NCBI GenBank assembly: GCA_029838215.1
Contig: JALGVI010000012.1
Span: 1-64,000, forward strand
Length of the DNA stretch: 64,000 nt
DNA from: Candidatus Helarchaeota archaeon
GTDB lineage: Archaea; Asgardarchaeota; Lokiarchaeia; Helarchaeales; RDOG01
Direction of reading: 5' to 3'
A program made the position numbers and the translations under genes. The notes below the pieces were generated by a model. The model was not told the origin of the DNA. It did not search any database and worked only from the letters and a program-made list of their open reading frames with translations. Positions 47,955-57,701 of the stretch are shown piece by piece (the first letter of the stretch is position 1; every line of letters begins with the position of its first letter).

Positions 47955-48446
47955 ATGATACAAGATCGATCCTTGATAAAAGATTTCGTGATCATCGTGA
48001 AAATAGATAAACAAGTTCAAATCAGGCGAGCAGTTGAAGCCGATTTATCCAAAATGCATGACATAGAAGTTAAGTCTTTCTCACATCCTTATGGCAAGGA
48101 CTTTTTTCGTTATCTTTGGAAGCAAAAGACGACCCGATTTTTCGTGGCAGTATCAGATGGGGAAGTCATTGGATATATTATTGGGTTAAGGCGTGATGAA
48201 AGAGTGGGACACGTGGTTTCTATCGCAGTTACTCCCGGTCAACAGGGCAAGGGTATTGGAAAAAGCTTGCTGAATCGAGTGGTAGAAGACCTCGGTTCCG
48301 AAGAGATTTGGCTTGAAGTTAGCACTGAGAATGAAAAAGCACGTAATTTTTATGAAACGATGGGGTTCAGATTTAAGGAACATCTTCCACGTTACTATCA
48401 AAGTGGCGAAGATGCCATTCGAATGGTCCTATTTATTGCCAAATAA
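47955..48446 (+). CDS. rimI: RimI/Ard1-type N-acetyltransferase
   Basis: GHVVSIAV.P..QGKGIG, LEVSTEN..A..FY..GF and YY.SGEDA..M. Confidence 0.85.
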   Translation: MIQDRSLIKDFVIIVKIDKQVQIRRAVEADLSKMHDIEVKSFSHPYGKDFFRYLWKQKTTRFFVAVSDGEVIGYIIGLRRDERVGHVVSIAVTPGQQGKGIGKSLLNRVVEDLGSEEIWLEVSTENEKARNFYETMGFRFKEHLPRYYQSGEDAIRMVLFIAK

Positions 48447-48469
48447 AAAAGGAGTTCATTTTCAAAAAT

Positions 48470-49249
48470 TTAGTTGATCAAGTCAAATAATTGATTTATT
48501 ATAGTAGTATCAACTTTTGGGTATTTCTTTTGAAATTCTTCAAAAAGCATCTCTGCTTCTTCTTTGAACTCCACGTATTTCGATCGGTGAGTCTCAGCAA
48601 AACGACCCCTTGAAGTCTCGTAATAGAATTGAGCTTGAAAAATCTTGTTTCTAATCTTTAAAAGTTCCATTTCGATTTGTGACCGAACTTCAAATAGACC
48701 AATTGCATACGTGATGTATTCACCAACCCGATTTGAAACTTGGATCAAGCGGGTGAATGCCTTATTGAGATATGGGGCAAATTTCTTTTTTACATCTTCA
48801 ATGGGCATTGTTTCATAATACAAGCTCAGCTCATAATTCGTAAAATCTTCACCAATGGTCTCCACGTCAAACTCATCATCAGGACCTTGCTTGCGTAAAA
48901 CATCTGGCAATACTAAATGCTTTATTTGCAGGTAGACGTCTTCTAAGATACGAGCATAATCTTCATTTGAAAACCGGTTTTCAATATTTTTCGCCATGTA
49001 TTGAATTGACCGCTCGATTATGGTTGGAGTATGTTGAAAAGTTACCGAGAATTTAATTCTCTTTCTTTTCACGTCTAAATGAACAATGGCAGAGATTCGT
49101 TCACCTTTTTTATATAGAACTCTGACCGTGAATGGGTCTATTTCCTCAACCAGTCCTTGAGCTTCTTTTTCCGTTAATTCCTCCTGAATTACGGATTCAA
49201 TGGTCGGTTCTTCTTCTTCCCAGATATCATCTAAATCCATGGAGGTCAC
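48470..49249 (-). CDS. Hypothetical protein with acidic N-terminus
   Basis: 259-aa ORF; no recognised motif. Confidence 0.7.
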   Translation of the reverse strand: MTSMDLDDIWEEEEPTIESVIQEELTEKEAQGLVEEIDPFTVRVLYKKGERISAIVHLDVKRKRIKFSVTFQHTPTIIERSIQYMAKNIENRFSNEDYARILEDVYLQIKHLVLPDVLRKQGPDDEFDVETIGEDFTNYELSLYYETMPIEDVKKKFAPYLNKAFTRLIQVSNRVGEYITYAIGLFEVRSQIEMELLKIRNKIFQAQFYYETSRGRFAETHRSKYVEFKEEAEMLFEEFQKKYPKVDTTIINQLFDLIN

Positions 49250-49549
49250 GATAAAAATTCAATTAATTTTAATGCTTTGTTTATTCTCCGCAAGTCATAA
49301 TTTAAACTTAATTGAAAGCATGAGTCAAGTTCATTCCTATAATGAGCATGGCTTTCTGGATGCGATTTTTTCCATTATAAGTCAATTCTAGCGGCAAGAT
49401 GCTGTCTAGTATTAACGATTTTCAATAAAAGACTTTAAATACCTGTTATTCATTGAAACAATCGAATGAGAGTTGATGCAGGTCAAAACTCGAGTTTACA
49501 AGCTCATTTCTCGCTGAATTCGACTTGAGCTATTATTACACGATTTAAA

Positions 49550-50980
49550 ATGAACGATTTAAAGGATAGGTCTTTCATGGACAAGCAAAAACTTCTTGAC
49601 GATTTAACAGGGATAGTTGGAAAAAGTAATGTATCGATTGATGAAGCCGTTCTCTTTCTTTACTCATCAGATGTAGCATTTGAATCGGATATTTTCCCCG
49701 ACATTGTTGTTCGTCCGTCGACTACGGAGGAAGTCTCCCAGATCGTGCGTTACGCAAATGATAACAAGATTCCCATCACGCCAAGAGGTGCGGGAAGCGG
49801 TGCGTCAGGTAGTGCCGTTGCAGTAAAGGGCGGCATCCTTCTCGATCTCACGCGCATGAATAAAATTCTTGAATTGGACACGGATAATTTCATGGTCGCG
49901 GTTCAGCCAGGCGTTGTATTAGTAAACTTGAATGAATATCTCAAGCCACATGGATTGTTTCTACCCGTTGATTTGGGTAGCGCCTCAATGGCAAATATAG
50001 GTGGAACCATTGCTAATAATGGTGGAGGGTTGCGAGCCGTAAAATATGGCGTGATGAGAAATTACGTCATGGGATTGGAAGTCGTCTTACCATCAGGGGA
50101 AATCTTGGAAACAGGCGGAAAAACGCGTAAAAATGTCGTGGGTTATGATATAGTGAGCTTATTTACAGGCTCTGAAGGCACGCTCGGTATCATTACAAAA
50201 GCAATCTTGAAGATTATTGCAATTCCAAAACACGTTGGAGTCGTTTTTGCAGTTTATGATGACTTGTATAAAGCAGGAAAAACCGTTCCGGCAATATTTA
50301 AATCTGGAATCTTGCCCAGTGCAATAGAAATCTTGGATCAAACCGCAATTTTAGCAATAAATAAATATAGACCCGATGTTAACTTGCCACAATCTGCAGA
50401 AGCAATCCTATTGTTTGAAATCGATGGACCGATTCCCATTGAACGTGAAATCACCATTATTGAAGAGACGTGCAGAGAACAAGGTGCAATAGAAGTGAAA
50501 AAAACTACTGATGAAGCAGAGCGAACACGCTTGTGGGAAGCACGAAAATTGGTCGGTGCCGCATCTACTCGAGTGCGGGAGGGATATTCACGCGTGTATG
50601 AAGGAGAAGATATCACGGTAACACCAATGGACATTCCCGATGTTCTCCTAGAATTAAGAGCACTCTCAAAGAGGTACGACTTGCCAATTGTCGTATTCGG
50701 TCATATTGGAGATGGTAATTTACATCCTGCTATAACGGTCCGAAAAAAAAATCCGCAGGACCTCCTAAAGCTTAAACAGTTAGTTGATGAAATTCATGAA
50801 TTGGCACTCAGCAAAGGCGGAGTAGTTACAGGCGAGCACGGTATCGGCGTGCAGCGTGCCAAGTATTTAAAGAATAATCCGCTCAATTTACATGTCATGC
50901 GATTAATCAAAAAAGTATTAGATCCAAATAACATCATGAACCCGGGAAAAATGGATTTAGACCCAATTTACGAAGCGTAG
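49550..50980 (+). CDS. FAD-linked oxidase, GlcD/D-lactate dehydrogenase family
   Basis: PRGAGSG..G, IGGTIANNGGG.RAVKYG, GSEGTLGIITKA, GHIGDGNLH, GEHGIG and K..LDP..IMNPGK. Confidence 0.93.
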   Translation: MNDLKDRSFMDKQKLLDDLTGIVGKSNVSIDEAVLFLYSSDVAFESDIFPDIVVRPSTTEEVSQIVRYANDNKIPITPRGAGSGASGSAVAVKGGILLDLTRMNKILELDTDNFMVAVQPGVVLVNLNEYLKPHGLFLPVDLGSASMANIGGTIANNGGGLRAVKYGVMRNYVMGLEVVLPSGEILETGGKTRKNVVGYDIVSLFTGSEGTLGIITKAILKIIAIPKHVGVVFAVYDDLYKAGKTVPAIFKSGILPSAIEILDQTAILAINKYRPDVNLPQSAEAILLFEIDGPIPIEREITIIEETCREQGAIEVKKTTDEAERTRLWEARKLVGAASTRVREGYSRVYEGEDITVTPMDIPDVLLELRALSKRYDLPIVVFGHIGDGNLHPAITVRKKNPQDLLKLKQLVDEIHELALSKGGVVTGEHGIGVQRAKYLKNNPLNLHVMRLIKKVLDPNNIMNPGKMDLDPIYEA

Positions 50981-52177
50981 ATGAGGACAATGGAAAAATT
51001 AAAAGATTTAGAACAAGAAATGCTGAAATGCGTGCGTTGTGGTAAGTGCCGCGACACTTGTAGAACATTACTTGAAACAGATGAAGAAGGAGATTTAGTT
51101 CCAACGTGGGAGTCAAGAAGCTCTCGAGGACGAGTCCGCATGGCTTTGGGCTTGGTTCAAGAAAAAATACCATCAACGCCTCGATTGATTCAAGATTTTT
51201 ATAATTGTCTATTATGCAATCGATGCGTGTCTACTTGTCCAAGTGGTGTTGACGTTCCGAAAATCATTGAAGGCGTCCGTGGATTCATCGTAGGTGAAGA
51301 TCTTGCGCCTCCCAATGTAAAAGCACTCCTTCAAGCACTTGATGAGACACGTAACATATTCGAAATGGATCAAGATGAGCGGCTCATCTGGACGGAAATG
51401 GAAGCAGAAGAAATAATGGAAGACAAGGTTTTGAAGGAGGCAGACCTATGCTTTTTTGTGGGTTGTCAGGCATCTTTCAAAGGATCTCTTGCAGGCATCC
51501 CTGAAGCGATTGCCTTGATCTTGGATTCCCTTAACATCAATTTTACCGTTCTTGGCGAAGAAGAATGGTGTTGCGGTAATCCATATTTCCTTCTCGGACT
51601 TGAGAATGAAAAGGCCAAGGAACTGGTATCACACAACATAGAAAAAATGCAGGAACTCAAGGTAAAGCAAATCTTAACCACCTGTCCGGGATGCTTTCGC
51701 GTGTGGACAAAAATCTATCCAAAAATTTGGGGCCAACCATTACCCTTCGAGATCATCCACTCCACCCAATTCTTCTCGGAATTGATTGACAAAAATCACA
51801 TCAACATTCCTAAAAAACTCCAGCAAATCGTTGGATATCAAGATCCTTGCGAGTTAGGACGTCATTGTGGGATATATGAAGAACCCAGAAAGATATTGAA
51901 CCATCTTGCAGGCTCAAATTTTAAGGAACTCCCATTAAATAGAGACGACTCCAACTGTTGTGGTGGTGGCGGATTAGCCAAAGCCGTAGCTGAGAAGATG
52001 ACATTAGAGATTGCTAGATTCAAATTACATGAGTTCCTCGATATTGGAAGCAATTTGTTAGTTACTGCTTGTCCTGCTTGCTATGAAAATTTGATGAGAG
52101 GATTGGACCAGAGCGAAGAAAAAATTGAAATTAAAGACGTGAATCAACTGCTGGCAGAATTACTCGATCTCTCATGA
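50981..52177 (+). CDS. Fe-S oxidoreductase (GlcF/HdrD-like; 2x 4Fe-4S plus two CCG domains)
   Basis: C..CGKC..TC, CLLCNRC...CPSGV, EEWCCG..TCPGC, YQDPC.LGR, NCCGGGG and TACPAC. True start may be the ATG at 50990. Confidence 0.93.
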   Translation: MRTMEKLKDLEQEMLKCVRCGKCRDTCRTLLETDEEGDLVPTWESRSSRGRVRMALGLVQEKIPSTPRLIQDFYNCLLCNRCVSTCPSGVDVPKIIEGVRGFIVGEDLAPPNVKALLQALDETRNIFEMDQDERLIWTEMEAEEIMEDKVLKEADLCFFVGCQASFKGSLAGIPEAIALILDSLNINFTVLGEEEWCCGNPYFLLGLENEKAKELVSHNIEKMQELKVKQILTTCPGCFRVWTKIYPKIWGQPLPFEIIHSTQFFSELIDKNHINIPKKLQQIVGYQDPCELGRHCGIYEEPRKILNHLAGSNFKELPLNRDDSNCCGGGGLAKAVAEKMTLEIARFKLHEFLDIGSNLLVTACPACYENLMRGLDQSEEKIEIKDVNQLLAELLDLS

Positions 52178-52833
52178 AAACGTTTTGCTCCTCTCAGGAC
52201 TTCTTTTATTGCACCGCTCTCGCCTTTTTCTAATAATTTTTTCTTTCTTTTTATGTCACCGACGGCGTTAAAATATAAGGCAAAGAAAACACCAACCAAA
52301 AATAGTGATATATCAACGATCCAATAAATCAAGTCTATCGGAATTGCCGGCTGTAGCAAATACCGAAGAAATAACTGTTCCAGATAAAAATTGATGAAGG
52401 CGATATTACTAAGCTCACCACTGAATTGAGGAAATATCGGATAACACAAATATACCGTGTGAAAGATGGAGAACAATGTCCCAGCCAAATGAATAAGTGG
52501 TAAGGTAGCTAAAATATATTGTTGCCGATCTTCTTTAAGTGCAATTATGATAATGAAAATGACAATGCAAATCACGCCAATGATTAACAGGTTATGGCTG
52601 TATTTCATTGCATCCGAAATGATGAGATTCCCCTCAACGAAGATCATCGTTGAATCAAAATCAACGAGAAAGTATGGAATGAAACGAAGATAGTTTAAAA
52701 TGTCCAAGGAGAACAGAAGCAAAGATAATAGTATGAAATCCGGAAGAAATATGAGAATAAAAATCAAAATAAGGCTCAATTTTTGAAATTTTGCTTTCAG
52801 GACAACTGCAAGACCTATCAAGGCGAAAAACAT
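52144..52833 (-). CDS. Hypothetical membrane protein (weak YdjM/metal-dependent hydrolase-like motifs)
   Basis: Multi-TM, with LPDF, SHN and IHL segments. Confidence 0.55.
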   Translation of the reverse strand: MFFALIGLAVVLKAKFQKLSLILIFILIFLPDFILLSLLLFSLDILNYLRFIPYFLVDFDSTMIFVEGNLIISDAMKYSHNLLIIGVICIVIFIIIIALKEDRQQYILATLPLIHLAGTLFSIFHTVYLCYPIFPQFSGELSNIAFINFYLEQLFLRYLLQPAIPIDLIYWIVDISLFLVGVFFALYFNAVGDIKRKKKLLEKGESGAIKEVLRGAKRFHERSSNSASS

Positions 52834-52844
52834 GTCAAATCACT

Positions 52845-53204
52845 TCATTGTTGCATGTGTAGATTCATCAAATAATGACCAAAATAAGCAAGAACAACGA
52901 CGAATGCAGAAAGAAATATTATCAGACCCACTACTTGTGAAACCATGATGACAATCACATCCGTTAGCATGGTTGGAGGAATTTCATAATTTAATAAAGT
53001 ACTCAGCAACATCGTCAGGATGTTCCAAATAAGGAAGCATAGATTAATGACAGTAAACGTTAGAAGAGCATGAAAGAATCGGGTTCGATGTGGACTTTCC
53101 ATCCCGGTACAAACAGTTCGAAACATTAGTGGAATGGCAATGAAGAGAGATAAATAATATGGCACGGAAATAATGATCAAAAACGTGAGTAGTTCTATTA
53201 ACAT
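52845..53204 (-). CDS. Hypothetical membrane protein
   Basis: Three to four TM segments; the ATG at 53204 avoids overlap with the PhoU-like gene. Confidence 0.55.
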   Translation of the reverse strand: MLIELLTFLIIISVPYYLSLFIAIPLMFRTVCTGMESPHRTRFFHALLTFTVINLCFLIWNILTMLLSTLLNYEIPPTMLTDVIVIMVSQVVGLIIFLSAFVVVLAYFGHYLMNLHMQQ

Positions 53205-53226
53205 GAGTTGATCCCAGCTCAGCAGT

Positions 53227-54222
53227 TTATAAAGTGCGTCGCAAAGCACAAAGACAAATCGTCTTACAGAATTCAATGATTTTTTCACAATTATCTAATA
53301 TAATTTGAGATGTTGTTTCTGGAGTCTCTTCCTTATCAATCGCCATCTCTACTTTTCGTTTTTCCTCTTTCGATGGCTCGATCTTGTTCAACACGTCAAT
53401 TGCTTCTTTTGTCTTATTGAATAAGAAAGATGAAATGGAATCAGAGAGCAACTCGGACGTCAATCGAAGAATGGGCAAGGTATCACTGAGTGTTTTAGTA
53501 GGTTGGGACTTGATAAAGCTATTTGACATTCGTCCGAGAGTTTCGGCAGCTTCGTTTATCGTCACGATGAAAAATGCAAAGTCCATGGCATCTTGCGTGT
53601 TAATTTTCATCTTCATTAGGATGGAAGGCTGGATCAGACCTTTCCTAAGCTGTCGATGAACTCTCAAGTAATAACGATTTATATTATCTCTTGAGGAAAG
53701 CACGGCTTGTGCAACGGATTTATCATTATTTTCAACGGCATAAATGAAATTATTCATGAGTTCCAAGACATTCCTACTAACCATTTTAATCAATTCGTTC
53801 AGTGATGTTTCCTTCAAAGCCATGATGTCTTTGATGATAACCACGTTAGGAGTCTTGGAAAGAATCTCAAACCCGAGAAGATTAGAAACGAGATTTGATA
53901 TCTTTATGTACTTGTCTTGCGTGAATGGGGTCTTAGTTTCAATTTTTATCACGTCATTACCATCAAGAAACTTCGTTTGAATGACGTATGACAACGTTTT
54001 CATGTCTTGATATTTGTCAACATCAACCGTTGCCAGCATCTTCGATTCTGTTTCCTCCATGATGAAAGGCATGATTAGTAGAGAACCATCAGGATTTTCA
54101 AATACCTGAACTTCATTTTCTTCATTTAAACCGTGTTTTTTAGTCCAAGCCCGCGGAAGGCTCATTATTAATGTCTTTGACGATCCCCATTTGACAAGTT
54201 TTCGGGTTTCTCCGATTTTCAC
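53227..54222 (-). CDS. AbrB-PhoU-type phosphate uptake regulator
   Basis: RKLVKWG.S..LIMSLPRAW (AbrB-like N-domain), LLGFEI, and two PhoU-like helical repeats. Confidence 0.88.
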   Translation of the reverse strand: MKIGETRKLVKWGSSKTLIMSLPRAWTKKHGLNEENEVQVFENPDGSLLIMPFIMEETESKMLATVDVDKYQDMKTLSYVIQTKFLDGNDVIKIETKTPFTQDKYIKISNLVSNLLGFEILSKTPNVVIIKDIMALKETSLNELIKMVSRNVLELMNNFIYAVENNDKSVAQAVLSSRDNINRYYLRVHRQLRKGLIQPSILMKMKINTQDAMDFAFFIVTINEAAETLGRMSNSFIKSQPTKTLSDTLPILRLTSELLSDSISSFLFNKTKEAIDVLNKIEPSKEEKRKVEMAIDKEETPETTSQIILDNCEKIIEFCKTICLCALRRTL

Positions 54223-54462
54223 GTCTCCAACCTCTCGGAACTTCGCAACATATTCGTTTATTCTTGAATTTTATTTAGTTAGTTCGTTTATAAATTATAA
54301 TAATTTTGTGACTAGTTTATAAATATACATAAAAATTATCCAAAAAAACAAGCGGAAAAAAAAACAAGCATTTTTCTTTTTCAAGTTACCGATTGTATCC
54401 GTAAAAAAAAGAGGATCCGTGTTGGATTTGGATCCGGAAAGAATAAAAGAGGGATGAATTTA

Positions 54463-54630
54463 TTAAGAGTAACCGAAAATCTCGGTAAGCAAGCTTGATA
54501 ATTTCTGATTTAATCCATATACGGAATTTGAATCAATGATGATTTCATCATGATTAGTCTCGTTTGATAGCTCGAGCCGAGCAAAATATCCTGCTCCATC
54601 GCTCCACTTTTTAATCCGCACGTTAAACAT
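54463..54630 (-). CDS. Possible small protein (55 aa)
   Basis: MFNVRIKKWSDGAGYFARLELSNETNHDEIIIDSNSVYGLNQKLSSLLTEIFGYS*, with GGAGA upstream, in an otherwise empty intergenic region of about 770 bp. Confidence 0.4.
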   Translation of the reverse strand: MFNVRIKKWSDGAGYFARLELSNETNHDEIIIDSNSVYGLNQKLSSLLTEIFGYS

Positions 54631-54993
54631 TTAGCTCAATTCTCCAATTTTTATGATCGACATCTTGCGATAATTTATCTCTCTTTAATTTTTAAGAGAG
54701 TTGAGGAGATCAAGAAATTCATGAAAAATTTCGTAATCCAATTTTCCAGTTTCCGACTTATTTTTATTAGAATTCAATAAAATTTGAAGTAATATCGGAG
54801 CACTATTGAATGAATTTGTAGGAACGATTAGAAAGAGTTCCGAGCTTTAAAAAAATGGCGACGACACGATTCTATTGGTCTTGAGTTTGATTAGAATTAT
54901 CGGTTCATTACGTGAGAAAAATTTTTTAACCCTTTTCATTTTTTATAGATAAAGTGAATTTTTGTCAAAACACGGAAATGATTGTTGATATTC

Positions 54994-55449
54994 ATGACGA
55001 CTGTCTACGATATTCCTGCTGATGCTTTTATTGAAGCCATGGCTAAAGAATTAAAAGAGAAACATGAGGCAGTTAAGCCTCCAGAATGGTCTGAGTATGT
55101 TAAAACGGGAGTTTCAAAAGAAAACATACCTGAGAATCCTGATTGGTGGTATGTTAGAGGAGCTTCCATCCTGCGTAAGATTTACATTAGACCAAATGTT
55201 GGCGTGCAGCATTTGCGGAATGCTTACGGAAGCCGGTATCGCCGCAATAAGATGCCCGCCCATTTTAGAAAGGGAGCCGGAAAGATCATTCGGAAGCTCC
55301 TGATTCAAATGGAAGAAGCTGGTCTTGTAGAAAAGTCAGAAGGTAAGGGTCGCAGAATTTCCCGCAATGGGAGATCTGTAATGGACAGGGTGGCACATTC
55401 CGTGAAAAAATCTCTCGAAAAAGAAATTCCCGCTCTTCAAAAATATTAA
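54994..55449 (+). CDS. rps19e: Ribosomal protein eS19
   Basis: TVYDIP, PPEWSEYVKTG..P.NPDWWYVR.ASILRKIY and IIR..L.Q.E.AGLV..GR.IS..G.S..D. Confidence 0.97.
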   Translation: MTTVYDIPADAFIEAMAKELKEKHEAVKPPEWSEYVKTGVSKENIPENPDWWYVRGASILRKIYIRPNVGVQHLRNAYGSRYRRNKMPAHFRKGAGKIIRKLLIQMEEAGLVEKSEGKGRRISRNGRSVMDRVAHSVKKSLEKEIPALQKY

Positions 55450-55464
55450 TGGAGTGTAATTTCA

Positions 55465-55809
55465 ATGTCAGATGAAGAATTGGAAGAGATTCGACGAAGA
55501 AAAATGGCACAGCTCCAAGCTGAGGCTCAACAGCGAGCCGCGGTACAAGAGCAACATGAAAAAATAGAAGCCCAGAAGACGGCTCTTCTTCGAACGATCT
55601 TGACACCTGAAGCTCGCACCAGATTGAATAGCATTAAAATGGTCAAGCCCCAATTCGCAGAAGGCATTGAATTGCAGTTGATCCAACTTGCACAATCTGG
55701 TCAATTATCTCGAATGGGCATTTCAATTCCCATAACGGACGAGCACCTGAAAATGATATTATCAAGAGCTCAGGGGAAAAAACGGGACATGAAGATTCAG
55801 CGAATATAG
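55465..55809 (+). CDS. PDCD5-like DNA-binding protein
   Basis: DEELEEIRRRKMAQLQ, ILTPEAR.RL..IKMVKP..A..E..LIQLAQSG; syntenic with eS19. Confidence 0.95.
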   Translation: MSDEELEEIRRRKMAQLQAEAQQRAAVQEQHEKIEAQKTALLRTILTPEARTRLNSIKMVKPQFAEGIELQLIQLAQSGQLSRMGISIPITDEHLKMILSRAQGKKRDMKIQRI

Positions 55810-55818
55810 GTGAAAGAT

Positions 55819-55968
55819 ATGGTAAAAAGCTTGCCAAAAAAGATACGACTTGGAAAACGTAACAAGGAAAATAATAGCGTGCCTGCGTGGATCATCGTGC
55901 GCACGAAAGGAAAAGTCCGAACGCATCCGAAGAAGCGACGTTGGCGGGCAAGTAGGTTAAAAGTATAA
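55819..55968 (+). CDS. rpl39e: Ribosomal protein eL39
   Basis: Hand translation MVKSLPKKIRLGKRNKENNSVPAWIIVRTKGKVRTHPKKRRWRASRLKV; AGGTGA RBS; below the ORF-track cutoff. Confidence 0.95.
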   Translation: MVKSLPKKIRLGKRNKENNSVPAWIIVRTKGKVRTHPKKRRWRASRLKV

Positions 55969-55973
55969 AAACA

Positions 55974-57443
55974 TCATGTTTTTTTAGGTTTTTTATGTTT
56001 TATAGGTTGGACGTGGTCGTGCTTCATCAATTTTGTTAAATTTTTTCCTAAATCCATGAGTGCACTGCTCAATCCTTCCTCGTAATCCTTGATATCATCG
56101 AGCTTTGAACCGAAATCAGTCAATTCTCGCGTTATACTGGAGTTATAGCCCTTCAAATCGGCGATCTCGCTCTTTATTTCCAATTTAAGATTTTCAAAAT
56201 CGTCTTGTAAAGTCTTCACGGCAACCAGAACATCATTAAAACCATCAATGATCAATTGCAAGTCATCCGTGGTGAGGGATCCTTTACTCACGGCAGGCAA
56301 AACGGGAAGTTGAAATTTCGAGCCTTTTGCTTTGGGATCACCAGACTTGGCACCGACTTTTGCCATACTGGTTCTTCCCATAACAGCATTGATAAAATCA
56401 ATGGTTTGAATCCACCGATGATCCTTGTGCTTTTCAATTGCCCATTCGATCATGCTCATGAATAGCTTCTCGTGATAGAACCATTTCAGGACTTTGTTCC
56501 TGAACATTTCCCACGACCCAATGCAGATCACTTTTCCCAATCCGACTTCTGCAACAGCCATCACGCAGGCATTGGTTGGATCAGCGATGGCATCAGCCCA
56601 AGCAACAGGCCTTGCATTTCCAGCAATTTCCAAACTGCAAGCAGAACGCAAGCAGACTTCTTTCACGCCTTTCACGGCAGGATGATCAGCAAACTTGGAT
56701 ATCATTGGCAGGGTAGGAATTCCATTATTATTTACTTCATCAGTCACCTGATTGTTTTGGAACGTTATGCCAAATTCACGTGAAAGCGCATTTAGATTGG
56801 TACCCCTACCATGATCCCCGCCAGCGTTACTTAATAAAATAAGACTTCCACCATTCTTCACGTAACGAACGAGATTCTTGATTTCTACGGGATTAAATTT
56901 TGAATGATCAGGACAGGCAAATATCACGACATCATAGCGAACCAATCGTGGTTGAACCATTACATCATTAAACTCGAAGCATTTGAATGCGTAGTCTTGA
57001 AGAAGCCTTGTCAAATCTTGGAATGAGTCTTGGAGTTTTCCCCGTTCATTCAAATTTCTATCAAATGCGATATAGGCTCTCCAAAGATGTTTTTTCCGGG
57101 GACGACTTTCTGACCTGTCTTTCGGGCTAGTAGTACTGCTGGACTCGAGTAACTCGCCTTTTTCCGTTGAATCTTCCTTCGGCGAAACGATTTCTTCAGA
57201 TTCATTTGATTCATTTGATTTAATCTCTTTTTCAGGTTCAGGTGTTGCATCTTGAATAGCAAGCTGGTCAAAACTGAAACCATCATGTGATGTCTCTGTC
57301 GAAACCGTGTTACCAACGGACTCTTTTGCGGCTTCCAATTCTTTTTCAAGTTCTAACTTAAGATCTGTGGGTTCTTCAACAGGAAGTAAAAGATTTTCAT
57401 CCGTGCTTTCTTCTTTTTTTGCTTTCTTTTTCGGTGGTGTCAA
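55974..57443 (-). CDS. Cytoplasmic GIFT (GldG/IFT52-like) domain protein with acidic N-tail and C-terminal coiled coil
   Basis: YDVVIFACP..KF.PVEIKNLVRYVKNGGSLILLSNAGGD..GTNLNAL.REFGI.F.NN.V.D; G.GKVICIGS..MF. Confidence 0.75.
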   Translation of the reverse strand: MTPPKKKAKKEESTDENLLLPVEEPTDLKLELEKELEAAKESVGNTVSTETSHDGFSFDQLAIQDATPEPEKEIKSNESNESEEIVSPKEDSTEKGELLESSSTTSPKDRSESRPRKKHLWRAYIAFDRNLNERGKLQDSFQDLTRLLQDYAFKCFEFNDVMVQPRLVRYDVVIFACPDHSKFNPVEIKNLVRYVKNGGSLILLSNAGGDHGRGTNLNALSREFGITFQNNQVTDEVNNNGIPTLPMISKFADHPAVKGVKEVCLRSACSLEIAGNARPVAWADAIADPTNACVMAVAEVGLGKVICIGSWEMFRNKVLKWFYHEKLFMSMIEWAIEKHKDHRWIQTIDFINAVMGRTSMAKVGAKSGDPKAKGSKFQLPVLPAVSKGSLTTDDLQLIIDGFNDVLVAVKTLQDDFENLKLEIKSEIADLKGYNSSITRELTDFGSKLDDIKDYEEGLSSALMDLGKNLTKLMKHDHVQPIKHKKPKKT

Positions 57444-57701
57444 GGATATTTTCTCCTTCCAGTTTGCAAGTTTTGAGATCTTCTTGCCTTATTTTCCATT
57501 TATTATTAAAATACACTGCGGCGTGAAAGTCTTTAAAAAATTCTAAATTGCTGGTTTTTATATGAAATGAATTTATTTTAATTTCCTACTAAAGTTTTGC
57601 CGTTCAAATGAACAATTTTAATAAGCTTAATTGAATTTTATAAATACAATTTCATTAATGATTTGGGAATTGACGGAAGTCAATTTTTTGAGGTTTCCAC
57701 G

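Noticed and set aside
50978-50983. The GlcD-like stop TAG is followed immediately by an in-frame ATG of the GlcF-like gene, so amber/pyrrolysine read-through could give a fusion
   Set aside because: A GAGG RBS precedes the second ATG at 50990, which explains two ordinary coupled genes. No Pyl machinery or other evidence is in the window.
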